Of a DNA stretch of 248,000 nucleotides, positions 125,151 through 140,141 are shown one piece after another. Source of the stretch: Octopus vulgaris (Eukaryota); NCBI GenBank assembly GCA_951406725.2, contig OX597825.1, positions 14,900,001 to 15,148,000 on the forward strand, written 5' to 3'. Numbering within the stretch: position 1 is the first letter of the stretch; every line of letters starts with the position of its first letter. The position numbers were made by a program, and so were the translations under genes. The notes under the pieces are model-generated. The model searched no databases. It had not been told where the DNA came from and saw nothing but the letters and a program-made list of their open reading frames with translations.

Positions 125151-127051
125151 ATCCCACCAAACACATAAGAACATCTTACGTGGATGAAGACCTTATTTAG
125201 CCTGAGATGCCAGTGTTTCTCCCTTCCTTTCCTTTCCGGCTTCGAAATTCTCACAGGGATTTAGTCGGCCCGAAACCATAGTAGGATACACTTCTCCAAG
125301 ATGCCCTGCAATGGGACTGAATCCGGAACCATGTGATGGAAGCAAACCACACAGCCACACAACTTACACAGTTTATTGCATTGAATCGTCAAGATATGTG
125401 TGCATGCAACCGATGTACCCACTTGGACATCTCCTGATGTTTCTAATAAAGTTTTCAGTCCCAATAAACTCTGCGGCATTATCCATAACTCTTACATTTT
125501 TCTCAATGTTTAAAATTGTAAAATTAATTTATGGACACCCTATTTAGAAAAAAAACAATCTGTTATATACGTATCTCAAAACTGCTGTCTTTCTGTGCCC
125601 TCATACTCGTCTTTAATACCAATATTCTTTATTAACATTAATACTTTTGGAAATTATATATTTGTACTGGTTATTCTTGTCCCTTTTCCAGTTTGTGGTA
125701 CTGTAAGTGTCCGTTTTCTTCTATTTCTTTTATTTGACATGGTAAATTTAATTTGAGGGAATGCTTGTCAGCAGGTGAAAAGATATTAATAGTTTTGCAA
125801 TTTTTTTTTTTCCTTTTGTTTTACTTTCGATTAAGATGTTTCTCTGGCATTTCTAAATATAAATTCTTTCAAACTTTTCAGAAATGCTTTCAAAACACCA
125901 AATGCAAATGAATTAACGATTGTTTCCCTCGTCATATTATAAACATCCATTTCGATATATTTTCTTTATTAATAACCCCTAGCTCATTTCTAATTCATGC
126001 CGTTTTGACTTAACCTGTTACGTACGCCATATGAGAGAAAGCAAATATTAAAATTCGTTTCTAAATGGATACAACTGAATATAAATAGAATTATACCTTG
126101 TTTCCGAGCAATAGTTCCTTGCAGAATAATGAATAAATCAATTTCGACAAGATTTTTTTTTCTGAATTACACTTGAAGTGAACTTCGCGTAAAATAAATT
126201 TCAAAAATTTCATTAGCTGCATTTTTTGGATGAGAGAACTTTACCAGTTTATATTTCATTCTGACACACACTTTATATTTCATTTTCTTAAACAAAAACT
126301 ATGTTGTACTATCATCGGCCGGTTTTCGATTCATTTTTATTTAAATGATACACGGATTTAATCTGCTATTAATATTTTCAATTCACGGTTCTTAATTATT
126401 TTTAGGGAAGTACATTTTCCCTAGCGCCATTGGCCAGCACTATGTGATACACAAAAAGGAATCCGACCGAAAAAAGGGGGTCAAGATGCTATAATTATCC
126501 CATATTTCTCCTTCAAACTGCATCTTATTTTAGATTCTTGTTTTATTATTTTTTTTACATTGTTCAATGTAATTAAATGCGATGGGTCAGTTCAAAACGA
126601 CTTTGATTGCTTACTTGATCGATCGCTCCAGAATTGGTAATCGAAAACAGCAACAACAATCAAAAGACCAACAACAACTGTAGCGTGCATATTGGTTTTA
126701 GTCACAAATGTCACTCATCTTGTTGTCTACATCTGTATCGTAAATTCTGCTACTTGTTATCCACGCTCGCACACACAGGCAGATGCTATAGCATTGTCTC
126801 CGCGTAACAGAGGTTATCAGGACGGCCATATAATCGCTTTCACATAAAAATAAACAATAATCCCTACATTACATTACGTTATGCCAAACCTGAATAAGAT
126901 AACATTATACACGTATGAATACAATATATTAGAACAATGTTCAAATTCAAAATTTCTTCAACTTTCGGCAGTGCTCCATATGTAGTGTACAGTATCCCTA
127001 ATTAAAATAATACGATATCGTTTAGTTTATATCACTGCACATGTACATGTG

Positions 127052-127395
127052 AAGGCGCGTGGCTCAGTGGTTAGAGGGTCGATCTTACGATCGTGAGGTT
127101 CTGAGTTCGAATCCCGGACCGGGCTGCGTGTTGTCTTCTTGAGCAAGACGCTTTATTTCACGTTCCTGCAGTTGACTCAGCTGCAGAAATGAGTTGCGAC
127201 GTCACAGGTGCCAAGATGTATCGGCCCTTGTCTTTCCCTTGCATAACACTGGTGACGTGGAGAGGGGAGGCCAGTATGCAGAGCGACTGCTGGTCTTCCA
127301 TAAAAAAAAAACAACCTTGCCCAGACTTGTGCCTCAGAGGGTAACTCTCTTGGTGCAAGCCCATGGTCAGTGTCTGACCGAATGGAGTCACAATA
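127052..127395 (+). mobile_element. SINE group C
   Basis: Full-length match. Confidence 0.85.
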
Positions 127396-128092
127396 ACATG
127401 TACATGTATCTGAATTGTGTTGGTATATGTACCTCTTATTGATCAGATCTTTCGGCATATAAATGAGATTTATATTTCACTGGCGCGTCTCCAATACGAA
127501 AAATACACACTGTTCCAATGGCCCTTAAAACGGGAAAAGGATTGCTGATATTTCTTTCATTTGTATATCGACACATTGTAGCAATCAAATATATATTATA
127601 TAAACCACAGTGGACACACATCTATTCTATTCAATATCTACTTGAGAATTCGAATCAGAGTAAATTAACTATTATAGAAACGTTTCCCAGTCGTCATTGT
127701 AAAAACGTGAATACAGTTGAAATCAACTAGATATAGATTTTTTCTTCTTTACAAACTGATTAAATCATCTCATAATTCAATCTTTCAGTATCTGAAAGAA
127801 TATTTTATTTGGTAAATTAAGTGAAAGAAAGACATTTATTATCGAAAATTCATTGAGAAAAATTGTATTGAATATAAAATTGTATTTGATATGTTCGTAT
127901 GAATATCATGTGACACTGAAATGGAGAACATATGTAGAACAATATATAAATATACACCTAGTCAACAATAATAAATAACATATTTAGAGAGAGTCTAGGT
128001 CATGAGTGTGAGTTCAACGGTTCAATTATTCTTATTCAAAGCACCTATATACATACATATATTGTAAATCTTTTCATATATATGCATACATA

Positions 128093-128443
128093 TGTGATAT
128101 ATATATAAAGGAAATGAAGAAAATGCTGACAAAATAATTTAAGTAAGGGAGAGTCTATTTAATTAGGTGAAAGTTCTTTTTACCGGTTGCGCATTTGTTA
128201 TGCTTATCAAAAGATATTTTTTTAAGAGAGATAGAGTTCCTTTCTGATAGATTTTTTTTCTCTTATAAGAGATAAGAGAAAAAAATCTATCAGAAAGGAA
128301 CACTATCTCTCTTAAAAAATATCTTTTGATAAGCATAACAAATGCGCAACCGGTAAAAAGAACTTTCACCTAATTAAATGGACTCTCCCTTACTTAAATT
128401 ATTTTGTCAGCATTCTCTTCATTTCCTTTTTTTATATATCACA
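128093..128443. repeat. Near-perfect 350-bp palindrome (about 170-bp arms)
   Basis: The arms are reverse complements around TCTTATAAGAGA. Confidence 0.9.
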
Positions 128444-128535
128444 ACTCGTGTTCTACATCTCCTTTTTTAAATATATATATATATATATATATATATTGAT
128501 ATAGATATATACACATATGTATATGTATGCATACA

Positions 128536-128596
<61 letters not shown>

Positions 128597-128604
128597 CTAT
128601 GTAT

Positions 128605-128678
<74 letters not shown>

Positions 128679-128920
128679 TTGGTGTTATGCAAAAGTGTCG
128701 AAAGTCGAAGGCGTTGCTTGTTCAGAAAACGAAAAAATAGTTTCACCATTCCATGACAAAACCGTTGTACTATACTTTGATAATTTTTCATATTTTGGCA
128801 TCTGAAACAGCTGGAGATACGATAGTTTGACCAAAAGAACCGGCTATTGCGAGCAAAATTAAATAATAATACAAAAACGCACTTGGCCAGGTTTGGACAT
128901 ACGACAGTTTTACGTAACAG

Positions 128921-128961
<41 letters not shown>

Positions 128962-129844
128962 ATCAATCTCCCTCTAAGTATTGATAGAGAGATAAATAGA
129001 TGCACGTATGTATGTATTTAGCTATGAATGGATGTATGTTATGTATGAATGTGCGTGTATGTATGTGCGTGTGTGTCTGTGTGATTTGCATCGAGTCAAT
129101 ATATAAGCACATACATTCTAAGAACTTGACGTACTGATTGCGAAAGGCACTAAAATAGGTATATGATATAGATTAAAAACCTGATAAAACATCCTTGAAG
129201 AGTAACCTAAGGGACTATCCATCATAGACAGCAGAAGAATTCTACATGACTTTCTGGTCATGTTTATGAACAAGAGTAAAAAGTTGAAGAAAACCTGGGA
129301 AGTGTAGGGACTTTTTACAGTAACAGTGCTCACAAAAATCAAATATTATAGAGCATCTGGTTTGCAAGGCTATTCACATTCATTCAGGATATTATTCCAT
129401 TCTCTTATCCTACACTTGGAATTGAGATGAAGTAAAAAAGAAAAAAAAGAAACGTTAAAAAGCTATGTCTGAAATATTCTGTGTTCCTGTAGCGATCGCA
129501 ATTTACTTTATTAATAGTTAATTTCCCCCCAACGAGCACCTGTGCAGAGAAGTAAGGTGCCTGTTTTTCGAAAAACCTTTTTTTAAGCATTTTCTCTCGT
129601 GTTTATCTTGCACATAAATATCCATATTTAATAAGTTGTGTAGTTCTAATTGAAGGATATATCCGGCATGTTTATTATTTCCTCTAAAAAAGAAAATGAG
129701 CGAAAACGATATTGCTACGTGTATATGTTTGTGCATACGTATGTACGCGAGAGGTTGTATAGATATATAAATATTTATGACCATATGTACATGCATAAAT
129801 GTATCCAAGTATGTATATTTATGTGTGTGTATGTATATATATAT

Positions 129845-129891
<47 letters not shown>

Positions 129892-132016
129892 TATACGTAT
129901 ATGTATATGTATAATATGTGATATATCGATTTTTGCCACGTTTAACTCACACCGTATGTATAAGAAGATATAAGCGACTTGTGTTTATTTATGATATCTT
130001 CGAGAACAGAAAAATAACAGAAGCCTAAATAGTTTTCATAGAATTTTGTCTTGGCATCAATGAAAGTGTTACCCCTTTAACTGTCCATAACTCTTCTTTC
130101 CATACATAAAGCTTTGCTAAATACAAGAATATTTACAATGAAACAAAATGAAACAAAAGACATTAGATTCTAAGATGTATGCATTTTCGGTGCAAATTGG
130201 ACAAGCTTCTTTATCAAGTTCTCCAAAAGAACGTATTTTATAAGCAGTATTTCTGAGGCGCGGAGCTGACATTCATAATCGATCTCTAGGTAAGTCCCAA
130301 GAGGCGATCCAAATTAGTCATCTTTTCCTCTGATTTCACCCTCCACCCAGTCAGGTATAATATAAATCGCTTTCCGTGTCTATATTTAGTGTATTTGTTA
130401 CAAGACAACGTTAATCAAAATAACGATAAAACCACATTTATATGTGTATTTGCATGTATGTGTGCTTATGTGTTTGTGTGCGTGTGTACAGAATTTGTTT
130501 ATTTTAGGACTTTTGTTATTCCACAATGTCACGTAACTATTATATGATATTATCAGATACCAAACTAATGAGAAGAAACAGAAAAGAATTCCGTGATTGC
130601 GGAATAATGAAGACGCGCATGGAAAACTTTGAAAAATCAATCTAAGAAACTAAAGTTTACTGTAACACCTCTGATATAACACGGAGACACAGTAAAGTAA
130701 TAGAAAATAAGGAAATATGATTTGGTGCATTAAAGGTCATATCTAAACTTGGCACTCACGCAAGAGATTATCCAGCAAATCGACTTCAAATTAAGCAATA
130801 AAAAATAGAAAAGCAGATGATTTAGTTGGAGAAGCATGTGTTACTTCCCAAGGGTTGGATTAAAATATCTGAAGAAGCATTCTGTTATTCACATCGTTCG
130901 TGTAACACGGGAAAGACTTGAGTGCTGGTATATAGAGTCAACAGAAAATTTCCGTTGCAGCATTAGATGTAATAAAGAGACGAGTTACAAACTTAATTCT
131001 TTTGTGTCAGGGGAGAATCATGTTGTGTTTGTCCATGTCCGTGTTTGTGTATGTGTAAAAATAAGAAATAAGTGGAAATTTTATTTACCGGTGAGTGTGT
131101 TACATTATAAGGCACAAATGGAAAATGACTCTCTCCAGACACAACAGAATATGCTTCAACACACGAACTCATATAAATAATCTTACAAACCAAATCGAAA
131201 AACGAAATACAAACTTAATGTTTATGTATTAGTTTAGCAAGTTTCTTCGCATGTAAGTCGAATAAGTGGATCAGTTCCTCTATATCAACACTATGACATT
131301 CCACGTAGACCACGCTGATCATTTCCACGCATATCTCCATAGCAAAACCAACGTTGATGGATGGGTATAGAGATGATGAATATATGCTATTATGCAGGCC
131401 TTCACCTTCACGTTGCAGGTGCAGATGCATTCATTAATTCTACATAGGGCGTCCTCCGTGCTGTCAACAGACATCCAGGAACATCCTGATTATGAGGCGA
131501 AGTATTATAGAGAGGAGTTACAAACCGAACTGGAACATGGTGGCTCGAGAGATTGTAAGTCTGTAAATCACGGCACAAAAATCAGACCGACTAAGGAGGC
131601 CACGCATATGACAGAATGTAAACCGAAATACCACAGAAAACCCGAATTGAATAGCAACACTGCTACCCGTCAACCTAACGCCTGAAGACAGAACAGTACA
131701 CAGAAGAGACAAGGGGACACACACAGATACAAACGGTACAATATACAAACCGTCACACATGCACACGAGACACAGAGACATATGCGAGACATATAGACAA
131801 GCACACACATACTCAGAGTCACAGATGCGGACGATTGTGCAGGCAATCATATGCACCATAGAAAGGTATCATGGAGTAAACACTGAGGCCAGAAAGAAGG
131901 GGAGGTAGTGTGAAGAAAATAGAATGGTTATTGTGGACATCAAATGATGCAACGTAAGAGCTTTTACGAAGCTACCGATAACTAGTAATTCAAAGGAGCT
132001 ATTAAATACGGTATTG

Positions 132017-132061
<45 letters not shown>

Positions 132062-132064
<3 letters not shown>

Positions 132065-132307
132065 ATAATGAGGGAGATAAGTTGAATATTAATTTAATTA
132101 ATATCAATTTAAAACCAGTAGCCTAACATACAACAATCTGTAAAATCAGAGAAAATTCTAATACATGTGTATATTTAAAGGGCTAAAAAGCCACTAGGAG
132201 GTCAGCCGTATGCTAGAAGTAGATCACCTACGTAGGTGATCGTAGGTGATCTACTTCTAGCATACGGCTGACCACCTAGGTTTGTTTTTAGCCCTTTAAA
132301 TATACAC

Positions 132308-132312
<5 letters not shown>
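132062..132312. mobile_element. Truncated fold-back relative of the 546-bp unit family, inside (TA)n
   Basis: Head GAGGGAGATAAGTTGAATATT..ATATCAATTTAAAACCAGTAG; inverted arms 132162-132229 and 132244-132312. Confidence 0.7.
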
Positions 132313-132369
<57 letters not shown>

Positions 132370-133911
132370 TGTAGACGTGACGGCGATGGCTAGAATGGTT
132401 GTGGTGAGTATTGACTTAAGATAATACCTATAACGAAACATTTACTCTTCACCAACAGAATTTTTGGTGTGATTGTATGTATAGTATGTATGTCAGATAG
132501 TATGTTCACATACTAGTATGGTGTGATAGAGTATGTATGATAGTATGTATCCACTGAGTAATGACATCTATAAACACTGAATTTCTTCTCGGGAACCACA
132601 TATTCATTTAGTACAGATTTTAGGTCAACATTTTATGACGTGGTGTTTAAAGTACAAGTTTAATCACATTCATTCTCGTAGAGCGCAAAAAGGTTCGTTA
132701 GTGTAATGCACATGATTCTTAGTATTAAAACTTTTCTCCATTGAGCGGGAGAGAAGAGTCGTAAATCATTGTCAATATTAAAATTTTTAATGTAGCATAT
132801 GTTTAGTCCCACTTCTTTTTCTTTATTCGTATTTCTACGAAAGTACGTGTAATGAACGAAATGATACTTTCTGTATGAATGAGTGCAAAAATCTAATTGC
132901 ACCATTTATTTAGTTTCTCTTGATTTATTAGCATTTTTGTTAAACCATACCGGTACTGAACGAAGGAATACTTAGTAGACTGTGTTGGACTGTGTTTTCT
133001 GTTCGGAAGTGAGTCCGTGCCTATTCAGTAGAAAATCATGTTTAACTAGAATTTATATCATGTTCAGCCTTAATTGAAGTTTATTAAGTTTTCCTATATG
133101 TTTCAAACAAAATTAAACTTCAGTCATTCTAGCATCAATTTATCGTCGCTAAGCCTCGAAATAATAGATATTTATAGCGTTCAGAGATATTATACTGATC
133201 AGATCAATCAACGGTCTCTATTATTGAAGATAAGATTCAGTCAAATTCTAAATCTGTTTCATGTTTGAAACAGCACAGTCACGCAATTGAATACTTATAA
133301 GATCAATATGTTTCCCTATCGACCGCATTCTCCACATTGCCAACGCCAGCAATGTTATCAACGAAAGCAGACAAAATAAGACAAACGCTACCAACGAATC
133401 TCTTCATACGTATTGCCATTATAATTCATTTGCTTTTATCCATTCTTTATTTATATAGAATTTTTCCCATGAAGAAAGGTTGAAGATTAAATGTGGAATG
133501 GAAATTATATGAAAATGAGTTTTTAAAAACCTTCCACACACATATATTTTGTACCTGGACGTATGCACACGCACAAACACACACACAAACGCACACACTC
133601 AAACATACATACATACAGGCATATATACACTCATACATAAACACACAAACATATATATACATAAGTACTTATATATGTATAACGTATTTATATATAATAT
133701 ATTATGTAAATGTATATATATATATTGGTGTGTCTGTGTGTTTATTTATAAGTGTGGGCGCGTATGTGTACTTAAATGTATGCATAATTGTTTGCGGGTA
133801 TATATTTTTATCTTTATGTATCTAGTTCTTACCCGTTGTTACAACTATTCAAGTAAATAGCTCATCACGAAATCTACGGATGCGAGTGCGCGTGTATGCG
133901 TGTGCATCTAC

Positions 133912-133958
<47 letters not shown>

Positions 133959-134758
133959 ACAAAAAAGGGGATTGGAAATGGTCGGTAGTATTACACGTGT
134001 CGCATTTGTTAATAGCAATTGCAAAGCTTTTATATGTTAGACAGATATTTTAGGAATGTCCTATCGGAAATTCGTTAGACAAAGAAATTAAGTGATTATC
134101 AAAATTTTCTGTCTGAGGACGACTAAAAGGAAATTCATTAAATGTCGGTCTAGGAATGTAAAACTTTGTAACTCATATTAGCAAATGAAACATATGTAAT
134201 GATGAATAAATAGGAACAGAACATTTCCCAACGTCCTGTTTTTTTTTATACAATGACTCTGCAAATAATACTTCCATAATTCTCAATTTCAGTTTGTATT
134301 TTGCACTAACACCCAGAAGCGACTGAGGCTAAATATTCGATTCTAATATTGAAATGAACGCAGGAGCTTCAATACAGTTGCGATTTAATCTACCTACCTA
134401 ATATACATATATATATTTACATTCACACACACGCGCGCGTAAGATCAAGATTTCGATTCTCGGCGACATGTTGTGTCCTTCAGCGAGGCCTATTATTTCT
134501 CGTTGCTCAATCCCACTCAGCTGGTAAATTAGAGTTGTACGTGTAATTCAAAGGGTCAGACTTGCCGCATTCAGTGTGTAACATTGAACCTCCCTTCGAA
134601 CTATGTTAAACCTACACGTACCACTGGAATGCTTAGCCACTTGCACGTTGATTACTTGAGCGAGCCGTTCCGCTGGAACACTTGCCGTCGTAATCGACGG
134701 AGAGCTAGGTCAGTATGGTCAGTATACGCGCACACTCACATATGTATATATATATGTA

Positions 134759-134821
<63 letters not shown>

Positions 134822-134831
134822 ACACACACAT

Positions 134832-134869
<38 letters not shown>

Positions 134870-134874
<5 letters not shown>

Positions 134875-135125
134875 ATATAATATGTGACAATTATACGGTT
134901 GCTATAATAAGGCTCGAAGTTTCGGATGTCAGGGCGGAAACCTGCTCCAGCATCTTTTCAGTTATCGAGGCAATCAAAATATGCTATGAAAATGACCGTT
135001 AAACAAAAGGAAATTACTATGTAATTGACCGTTATTAAGACTATAAAGCTATTAGAATGAGCGTTCAATAACGGGAGGAAGTAAAAGTTAAGGGAGTAAA
135101 AATGCTCATAGCAATCGCGTATATG
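134870..135125 (-). mobile_element. Hammerhead-bearing element H6 (degenerate ribozyme 134906-134966)
   Basis: GAUAA-CUGAAAA-GAUG...CAUC-C-GAAAC-UUCGA-GCC-UUAUU; sibling at 181063-181305. Confidence 0.5.
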
Positions 135126-135409
135126 CATTATAATGTTTTACGTATCTAAGTTGTAGTATATACTAAAGTTTCTAGTTTCTTCCATTAGTTTGAAGCTTTA
135201 TTCGCTTCAAGTATTGCAAATGTGCACATAATTAGATGCTTCGTAACAAGGATAAAAATTAGAATACAGATGTATACCGATGAGATGCGCTACACTTATA
135301 TTTCTGTTACATTTTTGAAGAAAATATCTTGGAAACAATATATAAATCATTAGTTTTGAGGGTTTGTCGGCAAGAAATTAAGGATATTTAATATAATTAT
135401 TTTTTATAT

Positions 135410-135718
135410 ATTTATGCGCCCTTTTCAAACCTAGCCAGTCTCACGGGCCCGGTTTCCCGGTTTCTATGGCGTATGCGTTGCCCCCAGGTGGACAGGACGC
135501 CAGTCCATCGTAGCGTCACTCAAGAAACAGAAAAAGAGTGGGAGAAAGTTTGGGCGAAAGAGTACAGCAGGGGTCGCCACCACCCTCTGCCGGAGCCTGG
135601 TAGAGCTTTAGGTGGTTCCGCTCAATAAACACACACAACGCCCGGTCTGGGAATCGAAACCGCGATCCTCCGACCATGAGTTCGCTGCCCTAACCACTGG
135701 CCCATTGCGCCTCCACAC
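135410..135718 (-). mobile_element. SINE group D with tail 4
   Basis: Sibling at 172740-173040 (+). Confidence 0.75.
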
Positions 135719-136479
135719 CTAATATAATGAAGGATATAAATATTTTCATAGAGAATATTTTAGAAATGATGCCTGCATGCAATGAACTAAGGGTTTTCTT
135801 CAATTAGGTTCTGATATCTCTAATATTGATTTGGTTATTTTGATATCGTTTAAAATAGAGTGAAGATCATCCTACTGTATGTTAGACCTCAGGGAATTTT
135901 CTCCAATTTGTGAGAGGGAGGAGAAATCAGGTACACAAATATCGATAAATTATAAAGAAAGGAAACAAGAAAGAATTAATGAAATAAAGAAAATATGTAT
136001 TGGATGGCGCATTTGTTTCATCGATGCCAAAAGTGTGATATACAAAACTGAACTTCACACGAATTGAACTTAGTGCCATGAGGCTATACGAAAGTTATAC
136101 CAAAACTGGCAACACTGCCAAGTTTGCGGAATAAGACAGTGTGCATAACCCAGAAATTAGAAAAAAGACAAAAACCACAATAAAAGCTAGCAAAGATCAT
136201 TCCGAATAGTTCAGAATGCTAAGTGATTATCGCATATTTCCTGTGCATAAATTTGTTATCGTGTTGGTTAAGTTTTCATTATACAGCATTTTTAAACAGT
136301 TTTGTTTCAGGCACGTGTTGTGAGATGCCGAGATGCCTTTTTCCTATAATGCTTAATGTGTGTATTTTAGCCACACAAAGAATGATACTGTATGAGTGCA
136401 TTAAAAAACATTCACACAATATATTTTATAATTTAGATATACGCCGTGTGTGCATGATGTGAATGCATAAATTTAAATG

Positions 136480-136566
<87 letters not shown>

Positions 136567-136687
136567 CATATATATATATATATGCATATATATATATATA
136601 TATATCATTTTATATATATATAATGGTCCTTTTACATACTGAACACTTGGTGAAATTGATTAATTAATTAATTTTACCCTCAATTGT

Positions 136688-136820
<133 letters not shown>

Positions 136821-138168
136821 GTGTGTGTGTATAGATATATGTATGTGTATGCATATGTATATATATATGTTTATATGTATATATGTACGTATGTATGCAT
136901 ATACTATTGCCGCTAGGTTTATATTTTCCGTCTGCCACACAGACGGAAATGTTATTAAATTAAGAATTTATTTCACATACAACATTCAGTACATTCTCCT
137001 TTAACTCAATTATGCAAATTAATGCTACTGGTTTATTTGAGTTATCTCACTATTATCTCTTGCTCTCTGTCTCTCCTTCTTTATCTTTCTGTCTCTCACA
137101 CGAAATGTCTCTCTTTGTCTGTCTGTCGGTCACTGTCTCTTCTGTCATTTTCCGTATGTTTTCGTCTTTTGAACAATGGATGTAAATTTCTTGTGAACTG
137201 TGTTATTCCTTGGTTGTTTTTTTTTTTCTCGGGAAGAGTGGATAGCAAGTAAAACGAAACCTAACTGCTGTTCTTACAATACTCAAGGCTATATTTAATT
137301 CCATTGCTTTCTTATACTGCGATTTAAGTATTTATATATAGTTTGAGCAAACAACTTTAGAATAAATTGAACATCATTGCTGAATTGCCATTTTTATGCA
137401 CACGACGTTATCCCTTTTGACAACCTGTTGTATCTCAATGTTTATTGATCTCGGAGCTAACTATATGATTAATTAAATTAGATAACCGTTGGAAAATGCA
137501 TTTTCGTCGTTTGATTGATATTCATTTATAGCATAGAATATATCAATAGATGTGAAGGAAAGGAAGTATATGGTATTACCATAGCCATTTTACTTGGTTC
137601 TATTACATCATCTTACGTGAATTCAGATAATAAAATCCATCTGAAAAGCGAGTTTAGGAAAATACATTTTTCATGAGTCCCGTCTTGCATTAATAATTTC
137701 CATTAAGTTTCCCCAGTTGTCTTAAGCTTGTATTTCTTCTATCACTAGTTTATATATATATTTGAATGACAAGAATGCATCAAAATACTCCACGCTGCTT
137801 GTTAATAGTATTGATATGCTCGTACATTTCTGACAGCAATTATATAGTTACATACTAAATTAAATGAAAATATGGATATGAAGGTTTTGTAGCTGCCAAA
137901 GTAAATAACGCGCTTAAAAACGGTATGGCATAGATTGATATATCATGCCCATATGAGGGCTTCCATTCCAACAAACTTATTCCTTTATGACATCAATAAA
138001 CGAAATAAAATTTTGTGGAAATGTGCTAATAGACATCTTGGTCTCATTGGCATTGGCAATAAGGTTAAGGAAATGTGCAACATCATGCGTTATCTTGTGA
138101 TAATATAAATACATACATCTTACTATCAGTTGAGTAACTTCGTGAGAATCGGAACATCGCTATGTCAG

Positions 138169-138245
<77 letters not shown>

Positions 138246-139815
138246 CTGGCTGTTGGGAAAACACACGATCTTCTATATATTCTGGTTAACTAATGCAATA
138301 TTATGCTTGATAATAAAAGTAACAAGCTAAAACCAATCACGTATTGGCAAAATATTGCCATGAATTCATTGTTTTAATTTCTACCTATGATGAAACGAGA
138401 GAAGGAAATATTTTTTTGTCGAATAGCACAATGGTATGGTTGTATGTAAGGACAGTTTTAATAACAGATTATGAAGGATTGTATCTTATCAAGTGATAAA
138501 ATACACATATCGGCTTTCAAATCGAGGGTTCTCTTGAGATATGGTGCTCTTCTCTAGGATATAATGTATGAAAGCCACTTGGGATAGCATTGAGATCTAA
138601 AGGAATGATAGTTCCCAAGCGCTCTGATATAAATTCAGGTTTATCTTCAAATGTAGAATGAAGATGTATATTCCATTGTGCAATGAAATATCAGAAACAT
138701 ACTAGGAGGGAAACCTTTTAGGGACACATCGTAGAAATCTCTATCTATAATCAGTGGAAATGTGATGTTAACTCTAACAGACAGTGTGCAGATTAAGTGA
138801 AATTGAAAGGTTCAATTCACAGGTACGAACAAAAAGTGACTTTTGTTTTATCCAGCTAAACCATAATGCTTTTAATATGTTCAGCAATATATAAATTGCA
138901 TTATCTCTTATCAGTGATCCAGCCAAAACACATAAGAAATTTATGCTAAACATTCCCTACGTCCGATACTTATTGCTTGATATCGGAGTCTTATTAAACA
139001 AGCACCTATTGAATATTAAATAACAAAATATGCTGTTTTGAAGATGCTTGATAATTTTCTATGGAGAGCCATGTACACAATAAATATAAATCATATGAAT
139101 GAAAATTATAGGGATTAGATTATTAATCATAATTGCACATGAGAAAATAAATACTAAAAGGTTTAGCATTCATATACATCTTACAAAGTATAAGCAAATA
139201 ATCTATTTTCTAATATCGAAAATTTTATATTCTGTGTTCTTGAATGACGCTTATGGAAATTACATCTTACTAAGCTATAGATCTATGTGAAGGAGTGTAA
139301 ATACATCGCAATAATGAAGTTGTTAGTCAGTAATAAGAAATAGTTTAAGCCACAAACTTGTTGATATTTCGATAGGAAGAAGAGAGCTTGGCATAAAGAT
139401 CCATTGTGCATCATTGAGTGTAGAAAACTCGCGTAAATGAGAAAATGTGCGTGTCAATATTGATGATTAAATAATCAACTGATCAACAGGAAACTAATAA
139501 AATGCTTGAAACCACCTAACATAATCAACCAAGGATGTATAATCTGATAATTAACCATTATTATAGGAAGATGAAGACCTACGTAGAGCTAAACAGGATA
139601 TGATTATAACCTTTAGGGCTGAAACAACTTATTATATTCCAAAAAGGAATTAATACCTTCTATGTTTTATGTGAAAGAAAGTTATAAATATATAGCGTAC
139701 GTTAGGTGTCTCGGCTGTAGATTTTTCCGTTTTCATTAGATATAAATATATCGACAATTAATTTTCGTGCACCTTACTGTCTGCGTTTAATAAGTAACTG
139801 ATACTATCTCTCTAC

Positions 139816-139865
<50 letters not shown>

Positions 139866-139870
139866 CTGTC

Positions 139871-139901
<31 letters not shown>

Positions 139902-140096
139902 CTATCTACCTTTATATCTATCTATTTATCTATCTACCTCCCTATCTATCTATCTATCTATATATTTATCTATCTATATATTTATCTATCTATATATCTA
140001 TCTATCTATCTATCTATATATCTACCTCCCTATCTATTTATCTATCTATATATCTATCTATCTATCTATCTGTCTGTCTATCTATTCATCTATCTG

Positions 140097-140141
<45 letters not shown>

